DNA of 51,769 nucleotides, the filler included, from Porpidia crustulata (taxonomy: Eukaryota): assembly GCA_964255105.1 (NCBI GenBank). It is 2 parts of 2 records of this genome, joined end to end, with 100 filler letters (N's around TTAATTAATTAA, not from the genome) between each part and the next. Parts side by side here need not be neighbours in the genome. Positions count along the whole stretch, not along the records: positions 25,961 to 51,769 come from CAXUWE010000044.1; 1 more part is not named here. One strand, written 5' to 3'. Positions within the stretch are counted from its first letter, which is position 1; each line of letters opens with the position of its first letter. Position numbers and translations under genes: made by a program. Positions 34,827 through 46,492 of this stretch are shown in pieces. The notes beneath the pieces are model-generated. The model was not told the DNA's origin. It made no database searches and was given only the letters and a program-made list of their open reading frames with translations.

Positions 34827-36294
34827 TCAGACTGCAGCATATCGCGCTTTGTGGTATAACTCGGGAGAAATATACGACTTCACGTCTGGTTCTCCCTTCT
34901 CGGTACATTGGTAGCTGATGTAAGCATGCATTCCCTTCCCATTCTCCAGCCCTCTGTGCTCAGCAAGCTTCTCCAGCATGCCGAGGTAGGCATCGGCATA
35001 GGCATCGCGACCATGTGCGCGCAGCCAAGCCATCAGATTCCGAGCGATGGTCAGATCGTCAGATCCATATTTACGCGTGGTCAAGTAGAACTTGACCTCG
35101 GGCTTGCCACTCATGGGAGCAATGTCGAAGAAGTAGACGAATCCCTCGCATAGTGCGTCAAAGTCAGGCCATTCGTTGCCGCCAGTCGACTCGACGGAAA
35201 TCTCGGCATCCTCGGGGTAGTCCTCGGGAAGCCCCAAGACGGCAACAATCAGGGAGCGCAGGTCCTGCAGACTGGATTCGGAAACATCTCGGAGTCCGCC
35301 CATCGTCATGACTTCTCGGACCGACTGGAAGCTGGTGTGGCGCGATGTGAAGTACATCTTGAGCCGCGACTTGGATGGTTCCACGTCGTCCATGCCCATA
35401 ACGTTGGGTTTCATGAGCTGCCCCTCCGGGCTGGTTGCAAGGAAATTCATCAGAGCATCTCGGCCAGGGTGACTTCTGCCGGGGTTTAGCTTCACGATGG
35501 CGTCGTCCCATTCCTGCAACGTCGCGGGGTCTCCTCCTTGGAACAGCTTCCTTGGCAAGAAGTACGACTTGAGTCCGAAGCTGGCATTCTTGTTATACTC
35601 GACAGCGTGCATGAGAGTCGTGGCCGGTGGGTCACCCTGTTCCAGCCCCTTGGCGTAAACGGACCTATCCGGGTCGTACAGCTCGGCCAGGAAGTGACGA
35701 TACCAACTGAAATCGGTGCCTGGGAGCGCTGTCGACACCTTCTCCATGTAGTCCAGCGTGGGATCATGGTTCAATGGGTCAGCGGCCATACCTGAGGCGT
35801 CGCTTATTGCCTCCCAGGAGTAGCGGATGTCGGGTTCGCCACTCGTAGTGTTCCATCTCCACGAGTACTCCAAGGGCGAACCATCGTAGGCTATAAGCGA
35901 CTTGAACACAGGACGGCCATCAGGCTCGGGTGCTGGGCCCAATCGAGGCACCTGAACATCCCAGTGAACCCCATTAGAAAACTTTTTGAGCATTATATCT
36001 TTCATTATGGCGGGGTTGCTTGCTTACGATCCAGTGATAATGGAAAAGCAGCGTCTCATACTGCCTCTCCGTGGAATAGCCAGCCGCGTCAATCATGACC
36101 GCCAGGTGGTACCCAGTGAGTCGCCACCAAAACTCGGCATCTTTGTCTTTCGTGGGCGGGAGCCAGTTATTTACCAGTGAATGCCACACCTTGAGTGGTG
36201 GNNNNNNNNNNNNNNNNNNNNNNNNNNNNNNNNNNNNNNNNNNNNNNNNNNNNNNTGTCACTTGGCCCTGCAACTTTGTGATAAGAGCTGGCAT
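34827..36294 (-). CDS. DMATS-type (ABBA) aromatic prenyltransferase; small N gap in exon 1
   Basis: WHSLVNNWLP..FWWRLTGYHLA..AAGYS..Q..L.FHYHWI|VPRLGPAP, DGSPLEYSWRWN, IRYSWE, LKSYF, SRLKMYF, YFFDI..PEVKFY, YIS..KSYISP. Confidence 0.94.
36202..36255. other. Scaffold gap (54 N) inside DMATS exon 1
   Basis: Run of N with no linker; the length preserves the reading frame. Confidence 0.97.
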
Positions 36295-36431
36295 GGTTAT
36301 TTACGATGGAGGGATGGTGGCTCAGCAGACCACTGACTGATATCAGGGCTTCAGAGACAGCAGTACGATATATATTACTTTTGTGCTAATGTGACATGAT
36401 TGTAGCAGTCCTGCTTGGATGCGAGTCGACG

Positions 36432-36457
36432 GGGCCCGAGTTAAGGGGGCCCCGAGT
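36432..36457 (+). promoter_or_regulatory. Paired GG(G/C)CCCGAGT motif upstream of DMATS
   Basis: GGGCCCGAGT at 36432-36441 and GGCCCCGAGT at 36448-36457, about 140-165 bp upstream of ATG 36294. Confidence 0.55.
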
Positions 36458-36641
36458 GCATGCGACTCAATCCACACGACACCCTACCTTAGGCGATGCA
36501 AGTTGTGAGCCACAACTAGCACACACACGTGCGTCATGGCAACTCGCGTCCGGACCCAACAACCGATTACATCTGCATCAATTCTACCTCTATCTTATGC
36601 ACATGCGCGATAAGAGCATGTATGTAAGTGTTTACATGATC

Positions 36642-38594
36642 CTAACGGCGGGTTGACAGTTTTACACGGAACCCGGACGGCTTCGCAAGCCATCTGTTCT
36701 CAACAGACCAGTCCCCAGCTGGGCTTACAAGTTCGATCTAACGAAGATTGTTAATTGGGTTTGAGCGATTTTTAAAAGATATTTCCATTTCCACTCACAT
36801 CGTAGCGCTGCAAAAGCGACGGGATGAGCTTGTAGATCTCGAAGTAGGCAAGGTGCTTTCCTAGGCAGCTTCGGTGACCGGCGCCAAACTGAGAAAATTG
36901 AAGAGTGAGCCAAGTGCGTGCGAAGGTTGAAAGTTACTCGGCGTCGTGGGTGGTGGTGATTGAACTTACCGTGAGAATTGCGTTGTACATGGCCGCTCTC
37001 TTTTCTTCATCGCACATCCATCGCTCTGGTCGCCAGACTTCAGGTTCGTCACCGTACAGCGACACTTCGCGTTGCATTGCCCATGGGCTCTAGAACATCA
37101 AAGAAAGTATCAGCCAAACCCGGGCTTCAAGGATCTGAATGAAGAAGTAGAAAACGGAATTAGGGTTTCTTTACCATCCCGACTCTTGTGCCTGGGGGGA
37201 TGAAATAGCCGTCGACCTCTAGTCCGTTCACAGGTACCACGCGCTCAAAGGGGAGGGCGAAAGGGGGATGCATTCTGGTGGCCTCGTTCACGCAGGCCTC
37301 TAGGTAGGGCAAGGTTTGAGACTCCTTCCAGGTTACGTATCTGGAAATGCGGCCTTCAGCTGCGGCGTCGTCGACCTCTTTTCTGAGCTTTGAGAACGAG
37401 GAAGGGTTCTTGAGAAGATGATACATCGCGGCACTGGCCAGTATGCTGGTCGTATCTGCACCTGCCACGATGTTGGAATTGACCCATGTGGGAATGAACC
37501 TGTGCGTGCGTTATGCATCAGTTTCGTATGCACGTAATATTTGCCGCCAAGTCTTGACCAACTAGGTCCTTACATGTCAGGCAACGTATCGTCCTTGGCC
37601 TTCTCCTTTATGAAACACGAAAGGGAATCTCTCTGGCTGATGTTTTGCTTCTCGTCCTCGGTCAGACTCATTCGCTCCATGATCCGAGCAGCGCCGAACT
37701 CGGCCAGCGTATTCTTCTTGGACGAGACGGGGACCAGAGGATTATCCCTCCACAAGTAATCGAGCCAGGGCATCTGGGTGTTCTGAGGGTTGACAAACGA
37801 TTAGCGAGGAGATTGAGACCACGGGATAGACACGCACTGCTGCAATTTTCTTGAAGTAGAGCCAGATGTCGTGGATGACGTCCTCGGGATCTCCCCCTTT
37901 TTCGAGACACCCCAGCCGCCGAGAAAACGTGACCTCACCAAGGACGTCGAACATGAAAAACTGGATCCAGTTGAAGAGGTCCAAATCGACGCCTTTGTCA
38001 GCAAACAGCTCGTCCAAGCGGACAAAGAAGTATTGCACAGTAGACGTCATGAGGGTCTCGAACGTGATCAGATTCGTAACCGAGTACAGATTGGCAACAG
38101 GACGTCTCATCTGCCGATGCACGTCCTCATCACGCGTGGCGAAGACGTCTGGAATCTTGCCGCCCTTCATCCGGGGCATGATGGCATCGTAAAACTCGGA
38201 CTAATGATCCGGCCGTCAGAGTTGTCAGGTTACCTACACATGAACACCTTGGTAAGAAAAATACGCGGCATGCCTTCTGAAACCTCGTCTTGAACCCATA
38301 GATCTTGTCGATGGCCTCGGGCTGCGAGACCATGACCGCATCGGGTCCGAACCGCACCACCGTGCCGTATCGCCGGTGCAAATCGGTGTGGATCCGATGC
38401 GCGTCACCGGTCTTGACCCACGACCGACGAACAAGGTTCGTAAGAGCTGCCAGCCGTGGCCCGGGAATATGTCTCAAGCGCGCGTATGAACGGACCGTGT
38501 TGAAAACGGCCGCGAGGATGGCGGCGACGGCCAGGATCCCGGCCAAGCGGGCGGCCCTGCCGTCGAGATGCCCGGAAAGTGGTCCTGGATCCAT
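36642..38594 (-). CDS. Cytochrome P450, MpaD/CicH-like (aryl-methyl hydroxylase type), multi-exon
   Basis: N-terminal TM helix, [27 protein letters not shown]-helix AGADTT, EATR (ExxR), PFERVVP, WRPERW, haem motif [10 protein letters not shown]. It ends ...VKLSTRR* at 36642. Confidence 0.93.
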
Positions 38595-38722
38595 GGCGAT
38601 GACTGGGTGAGTTGATGTCTGCAAGTCGGGTCGTACCCTTAACACACAAGTTTGACCGGGCTCGCAAGCCTCTTGAGGATGTCTTTCTAAATCTATCAAT
38701 CCCACTATCACTCGAATCACTC

Positions 38723-38779
38723 GGACCCGAGTTGTTCGGTTAATCACGACTTATCACAACCGAGCCATCGGACCCGAGT
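38723..38779 (+). promoter_or_regulatory. Paired GGACCCGAGT motif upstream of the P450
   Basis: Exact copies at 38723-38732 and 38770-38779, about 130-185 bp upstream of ATG 38594. Confidence 0.68.
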
Positions 38780-39124
38780 GACTCGGATTCAAATGCAATC
38801 AATGTATTCGCGACATCATGTTTTCCGTGAAGTAAATCAAAGATCAAAGGTAAGAAGAGGATCGGTCATAAAGTCATGCATGAAGGGGGAAAATATAGGC
38901 CTTGTTTTGACTAGGTGTCCCAGAGTAAAGATGGGCTTGCGGGGCAGAATTTGCTTTTAATTTGTAAGTTTTGCTAGTAAAAAACAACCCCAAATTTTTC
39001 CCTCTGTGCATGACTTTTGACCGATACTCTTACGTCCGCGATAGATTAATGCTTTGGAACTTCGAAAATCTACGCTACGTATTTCGAAATGATCTGTTCA
39101 GCGCTGTTATTCCATTGTGATGAT

Positions 39125-42100
39125 TCACACAATTTCTCTCCCAATCCTCCGAAGCAGAAACTTGTATCCCTCCGTAACATAACCCCAGCGACTTCCGTCA
39201 GGATCCCGGTACATATCAAACAGATGAGGCTGACCCGGCGCGAGCGTAAGCCCAGACTCGACACCCGCGGCCCTCATCGCTTCCACCGTCCGCTGGGCCT
39301 GCTGCCACGGAATCAGATCGTCACTGGTGCCAAACACGACATGCGTTGGCGACTTGTAGTTGCCCCGAACTATCTGCGCGTAGGGGCTAGCCCGCACGAT
39401 GTCCTCTCTCGGCGGCTGTTCCAGATGGTTGAAAGGAGCCGCAGCTTGTGGTGCCACGCTCGATGCCGATGGGAGGCCCCTGAAAAGGACAGGCAGCGTT
39501 TGTCCGTGCCAGTTCATGTGGAGTACCACCCGACTACGAGGATCTTTCGGCGCTTTCCAGCCTGCTGCTGCGATCATCTTGGAGGGCACACTGTACGAGG
39601 TGATGGGCGTGGGGAAAACCCCATCAATGACGTTGTATGTTTCGTTTGCAAACCTGCCGGAGTGGTCTGGGATGTTGGGCTTCCGCCAGAAGTCGTCTTC
39701 GTAGTCGGTTGGGCAGTAAAAGACCAAGATGGCGTCGGGAGGCGGGATCCCACGTGATATAGAGGTCCAAGCTAAGGACATGGCCAGCGTGCCCCCAGTC
39801 GACCAGCCGATAACCACAGCCCGGGTGGGATCAAGCAGTCTATTGGTATTGGTCTGTGTCAGGTTCAATAATGGCAGCGTATTCCGTAGCCAGGCATATG
39901 CGTTGCTGACGTCAACGAGCGGTCCGTCTAGAATTGTGGTCTCTGGGCAGAGTCTGTAATCCACGGCCACAGGCAGCACGCCGTTATCGAGGAGAAGTTG
40001 GAGTTGGCGCGGACGCAAATCCTGACGTGATAGCATCACATGGCCCCCTCCGTGGACCATCAAGCCTGCACCAGAGCAGCGTCAGCTCCAGCGTGTCTAT
40101 ATGTAGGTAATCAGACTTGTACCGTACCAGCGACCCAAGTCCCGAGAGCAGAGGCCTGGGACCGCGAAGGATAATGGACGTCTGCTCGTAGCGGAAGTTT
40201 CTTGTCAGTGTGGGCGAAAACAACCGTCTCAACACCACTGGCGTTCTCCTGGGGTGTGCTGCGATACGAGGATGGATCCCCGACTGGCTGTTTGAAACCG
40301 GTGATGACCCTGACGACTTCAGACTCGCGCGTGTACCCGCCCGTCCATGAAACGTGTTGAAATCCAATTTGTCGCATCGACTTTTCCCAGAACTCTGGGG
40401 TCGCGAGCACATAAGGGCGCCCGTCATTGTACAGCCACCAGCCGTCGAGAAGACCGAAGACCATATCCAACCAAAAATTCCTGGTTGTCAACTCAACCAG
40501 CGACACGAACCCGTGGGGCTGCAAGAGCTTGCTGATATTGCCCAGAGAGTTGGGAAGGTTGGTGGTGGCGTGGATGCAATTGGTTGCGAGTACAATGTCG
40601 AATTGCCCTTGATATTGGGCTGGAGGCTCCTTTTCGATGTCGATGGTGGCATATCTGACACAGTCTAAATTGGCGAATTTGCGCTTGGCCGCTGACACCA
40701 GTGCAGTCGAGATGTCAGTGAAAGTGTACTCAATGGGTATCCCCCGCTGCACCAAACGATCCACGACCCAACGTGTCGTAGCGCCTGTGCCTGCTCCCAA
40801 TTCAACGATGTGGAACTTGCCGTCGGGTCCAGGCACTGATGTGCTCAATGCCTTCTCGAGAAATGATGTGAGAAGCTGCGACATGATGACAAACATGGGA
40901 GCCGTGGTATACACGTCTTCGAGAATGTTCCGGTTCGACTTGTTCCCGAATAGGACGGAGAGGGGATCCATCTTGCCACTCAAGAACTTAGACATGTCTG
41001 CTCCGCAGAGACTCAAGAGCATGTGCTCCCTGGAATGCTGGGGAAACTGCGTTACGATGTCTCTGAAAAGGATGCTGGAGTTGGTCGTCTCGACAGGCAC
41101 GTCCGAGCGAATATATTCTCTACCGTCGTAGTCGACCAACTTGCCATGACGGAGGATTTCGTGGAGAACATCAAGCATGCGGTCATATTTTGGTACCACA
41201 CTCATTCTGGGGATCTGTTCACCAGGTCCTAATGAACTTAGGTTGGTGCCAAGGTCCGAGAAAGCCTCTACAGCGTAGGCTAGAACCAATTGCGCCTGCT
41301 TGTCGTATACCCTACCATAGAAGTCACTAAACTCGTACTCGTCTGCAAGCTTGTCGAAATCACCCTTGATACCCTCAAATTCCCGAGCTGCACTAGCCAG
41401 AATATCAATTGTCGAAGAAGAAGAAGACGTCTTCGTCGTCCGGACCTCGTCAACGCCACTATCAGGAACGGTGACAGGTGTGATGAGGCCAGACGATTGT
41501 ATCCGCGTAGAAGTAGCCGTGCTCGAATTCGTCGTGCTCGTATGTCCAAAGGGCGCAACCGCACTGACGAGTATGTCGGCAAGTTGGCCGAAGTTGCCAT
41601 CACCCGTGAGAACAGATAGGTCGACCGAGACGCCAAACATCTTCTCCACGTCGCTCATGAGTTCCATGCAGAGAAGAGAGTCCAGGCCGCGATCTACGAG
41701 GTTCGTCGAGCGCTCAAAGTCGCTCGCTGGGCAATCGAGATGGCTGCCTAACAGGCTTGCCAATCGCGACACCAGATCCTGATGCTGATCGTACTCTTTA
41801 ATCTTGGAACTTCCAGCCACTAATGTAATTTGTTCGATTCTATGGCCGAGGTTGATCTGTTGGTTCGTAGTTAGGTGGCTGGGTAGTGTATGTGGACGTA
41901 GAAGTGGAAGTATGACTAGAATTCCCTGAGGCCGAAGGATGTCCAATTCTTTCTGAGGTCCCTGTCGACTCTCATGGGTATCTAAATATCTACAGAGAGA
42001 TGAAACAGTCTGCAAATCCTGGAGACGATCCTGCGGTATCGATATGTGGAAGACTTCATGAACCTCTGATACAATCTCTGTGATCATCAGAGAGTCGATG

Positions 42101-45100
42101 CCAAGCTCATTGAGTGTGACATGTCCCTGAAATTGATCCGCGGGTAGGTCTGTCATCTTGCTGAGCATTTCTCGTAATTCATCTTCCACACTAAATGTTT
42201 GAGGCCCGGCTCCATTAAGAGACGGTAACGACGGCGGGCTTCGATCAACGGGGATTTTTCTGCTTGAAGATGGAGGCTGCTGCGGCTGCTGCGGCTGGAT
42301 AGGACGAAGATGATGCAAGTGGTTCGAGGTGATTGCTTGGGGCTTCACCTGAGGTGCTACAGAATGATCCGGGGTTTTCTCAACACGACCTCGTTGAGCA
42401 GATGAAGAAATCGTAACAGCAGATGCATCATCCGGATTCGTACGAGACAGGATCTTTGCAAGGGATGTGGTTCGTATCCTGCTGAATTTTGCACCAAATG
42501 CGACAAAAACGAGCTGGCCAGTAGCCTGGTCAGTGACGAAGATGTCGTTGCTACTTTCCTTGTCGTTTATTGCGGTGGACATGGCAAAAACGTCCCAGCC
42601 GCGGCTTTTCCCCTCGACCTGCAGCTTCCCGAATTCCGGCGACAACTGGATGCGATCGACGTTCGTGGAGACAAAGACCTCGTCGGACGGACACGGTGCG
42701 AGGCAATTTGCATACAACCCAGGAACCTGGAAGAAGTTATCGATGGCCACTGGCATGGAAAGAAGCTCCTGGATGCAGCTCGGCTGTGATTTTGGCAGGT
42801 AGACCTCTGCCACCACTACATCGTCGTTATTGCTGGCAACTCTGCGAACGCCTTTGTACAAGTCACGGTATTGTACAACCGTGGAGAATACCTTGTATAC
42901 GAGCGTACCATGAACAGCCTCGCCGCCAGGCTGCGTGACCATCTCGGCGAACTTCTGGTCTCGGTCCTGGCTCTGGTTCTGGGGCATATGCTGGAGGAGC
43001 TTCCTCGTCCGTTCGAGCTCAGCAGTAACAGCAGTGTCGTCAGCTGGAACGATCTCAACTCTCCCAACGGCGTGCGTAGTTGTAACCTGAGACGCTTGAA
43101 GTGTGTTCTGTCCTCCGGAGCCCGTGTGACGACCTTGTGCAAGGAAAGAGAAATTGAACTTGCATCCCGTCTGGTCGGACGGCCTCAGGATAAGCTGAAC
43201 GATTTTATCCTGACTCATACCCAGCGGCGAGGTGATCTCTAGGTCATCCACACGAGCAAATGGGGCGCAGGGAATATTCTCAATGGCCGCAAGCTGCTTG
43301 GCAGCCTGCAGAACCAGTTCGATGTAGAGAGGTGCCGGACACAGAGGCTGATGTAGCACGGAATGACCGTCGACAAGTGCTTTCCACTCCTCCGAACGCG
43401 GGTCAATCATGAAAACAGCTTGTTTCTGGCCAACACGAACCCCATCTCCAGCATCCTGGAAGCCGGAGAAGGTAATGAGTATAGGCTCTGGCTCTGGCTC
43501 GATAAGTGGCCGCTCAGGCGTCTTGGGCAGTGCGGGGGCTGACTCAGGTGTCTTCTCTGACTGAAGATTGAACTCGAGCCAGTGTCGTGTCTTCTCGAAC
43601 TGGTATGGAGGCAGGTTCAGAACCCGATAGTCTTGGCTGTGGATACGGTGGAATGGCCAGAACTGAACACGGTGACCATGCTTCCAGAGGTTGACAGTCA
43701 TGTCTGCTAATGCACTCAGGGCGTCATCTCGGCTCAAGTTGACGGGACAAAAGAGGTTATTGGTGTTGGTGTTATTGCTGCTCTTCTGGTCGGATAGAGC
43801 GCGACGAGCGATGCTGGTGACTGACGTGTTGGATCCGGCTTCCAACCACGTACATGCGCCGTATCGGGCCTCGATACGCTTGACTGCATCCTCAAAGTAA
43901 ACAGGCGTGCGAGTGTGGTCGGCTATTAGCTTTGCCGTGACAACCGGCCATGTCCCCCCATCAGAGCAGGTCTCGACGTAGATCTTGGGCTTGTTGAACG
44001 TCAGACCCTGGGCAAGCTTCTCCAAGTCGGGTAAGATGGGATCGCAGAACCTCGAATGAAAGCCGTGCGTCACATCCAAGACCTTGACTTTAGCCGTTGG
44101 GGCTATCTTAGCTACCTCGACGAGAGCAGAGTCAATTTCGGCAGACGATCCAACTAAGACATGACTTCTGGGCCCATTAAAGCATGCCACGTCGAGTCCA
44201 AAGTCAGAAGAGGTACTGGTCTTTCGTACTGACGAGATGAGGCCCAGAACGTCCCCGTGGTCAGCTTCGAGAGCAATCATGGAGCCTCTTTCAGGACCCC
44301 ATTTATCGCGCATCAGGACAGCCCGTCCGTGCACCAGCTTGAGGCCATCTACGAGCGAAAGAATGCCAGCCACAGTCAAGGCAACCAGCTGACCAAAAGA
44401 ATGGCCCAGGACACCATCGACCTTCAGACCGCAGGCAATCCATGATTGAGCGCAAGCGTAATGCAGGGCGAACTGCATCATCTGGAGTGAAACGACGTCG
44501 TCGGTGGGTTTCGTCTCGAAGATGTCAGGGTAGATGCCCCGGTAGCCAAAGCCTTTGGCTATCTTGTCACACTCATCAAGGTACTTGCGAAGGAGTGCTG
44601 AGGTATCGTAGACGTGCTTGTTAAGACCTACAGACCGAGCCGTCTGACCACCGAAGATCAGGATGATGGGATTCGGCTTGGGGTTGGTTTGGCAGAGCCT
44701 CGAGTCGGGATTCGAGGCTACAACATGAAGCTGGTTGTCTAAATCTAACAAGCTGGAGACCGTCGTTGCGAAGATGTTGGGCAATGTCCGATTTTGCTTA
44801 TCACTCAGGTTGAAAGCGAGATCCACCAGCATGTTCGCGCCCGAAGCAGGGTCCTAGTGGAAAGAGGACACATAGTCCCTCAACTTGGCACAGTTCTCAC
44901 CGAGGCTCTTAACACTGTTGGCAGTGAGGATGAGCGGACATCTTTTCAGCCCTTGGGCCCTGGTAGTCTGCAGACTCTGCCCCTGCCCCTTATTTGGATG
45001 CGCTTCCTTGACAACCATAGCAGCGATGCTACCTGCAGCTCCATAATTGTTGACACACGCGATGAGCGTATTGGCAGTCCACGGAAGGGTCTCTGTCGGG

Positions 45101-46293
45101 ATAGACAACTGCCCTGGTATAAGGGTGATCTTGGGATGCACCGACACATAATTAGCCTGTTTGGGGATGGTGCGGTTCTGCATCATTAGAATGGTTTTGA
45201 TGAGGCCGGCCACTCCAGAGGCTCCTTCAGTGTGTCCGATGTTTCCCTTCACGGAGGCCAAATGAAGAGGCTCTCGTCTCAACTTGCTGCCAAACACCTC
45301 CTTGATAGCCTCGAATTCGAGAGGATCACCGACGGGCGTGCCCGTGCCGTGAGCTTCGACGTAAGTGACGTCCTCGGCAGCGATATCAGCCGTACTCAAG
45401 AGCTTGCGATACAGCGCCGTCTGTGATGGGCTGTAGGGAACGGTGATGGGCACCTTGTTGCTGCTCTGTCTGACTGAGGTGGCGAGAATCGTGCCTAGGA
45501 CGGTATCGCCATCTGCGACAGCTTGCGAAAGTCGTTTCAAGACCACTAGACCAACGCCTTCTCCACGACAGTAGCCATCAGCACTGGCATCGAACGATTT
45601 ACTCGCACCGGTGGGACTGAGGAAAGAGGCAGCCGATAGGTTTTGGTAGAAGAATGGACTCGTGAAAACTGAGACACCACCGGCAATGGCGCTCTTGCAG
45701 TCGCCATGGAGGACTGCCTTACAGGCAGCATCGATGGCTACTGCTGACGATGAACAGGCCGTGTCTAGAGCGATCGAGGGCCCAGATAACCCAAAGAAGT
45801 GGCTGACTCTGCCTAGAACAAAGGCTCTCAAAGTCCCTAGTGCCGAGAAAGCGTTTGACGGATGACTGGCCACGTTGTCATTGTAGTCAGACGCGCACAC
45901 TCCGATGAAACAGCCAACGTCAAGGTCCGGTTCATGAGGACCGAAGAAGCCAGAAGACTCCAACGCTTGATAGGAAACCTCCAGCAAAAGTCGTTGTTGG
46001 GGGTCCATCGACGCTGCCTCGCGGCTGGACTTCTTGAAGAAGCGGTGGTCAAAGCTTGCAATATCGTCGAGGAAGTTGCCAAAATATTTCATCTTTTCCG
46101 TATTGCGTTGGTGGTCATGGGTCGGAAAGCGCCTGCTGGGAGGCTCGCTCAGCATTGACTGTCCCGCGTCTAAGATGCGCCAGAAATCTTCGACTGAGTC
46201 GGCTCCAGGGAATTTGCATCCCATGCCGACGACAGCGATGGCGTTGGGCGGCGTATCCTCCGGAAGGACGCCATTTGTCCCGATTCCAGACAT
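39125..46293 (-). CDS. Non-reducing PKS KS-AT-PT-ACP-ACP-CMeT-esterase (methylorsellinate-synthase type), with no SAT domain and an in-frame TAG at 44856-44854 (possible pseudogene)
   Basis: KS DTACSSS/HGTGT/GNIGH, AT GHSFG and HGFHS, PT GHSV..PLCPAPLY, ACPs LGIDSL and GLDSL, MT ELGAGTG and TNCIHAT. After a GTACGG..CAG intron at about 40127-40066 come esterase motifs HGGG and GWSTGG. Confidence 0.93.
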
Positions 46294-46457
46294 TGTAGTG
46301 AATTGGGAGTAAGTGGGGTGTTGAATCTCAGGTCGGTATTTCAGTACGAGAAGGCAAGATACAGACTTGCTAGCCCAGTTAAAGCATCAGACTCAATTGT
46401 AACCGTTATTTGGCCCGAAATTAGACTGCAATTCAGGATGTATGCAGGTTTAACCCA

Positions 46458-46492
46458 ACTCGGGTTCGTCAGGGTCAACTCAACTCGGGTCC
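46458..46492 (-). promoter_or_regulatory. Paired G(A/G)ACCCGAGT motif upstream of the PKS
   Basis: ACTCGGGTTC at 46458-46467 and ACTCGGGTCC at 46483-46492 (reverse complements of the motif), about 165-200 bp upstream of ATG 46293. Confidence 0.65.

Noticed and set aside
39125..40063. Stand-alone alpha/beta hydrolase gene
   Set aside because: A canonical GT..CTGAC..CAG intron joins it in frame to the PKS MT region, so it is the PKS release domain.
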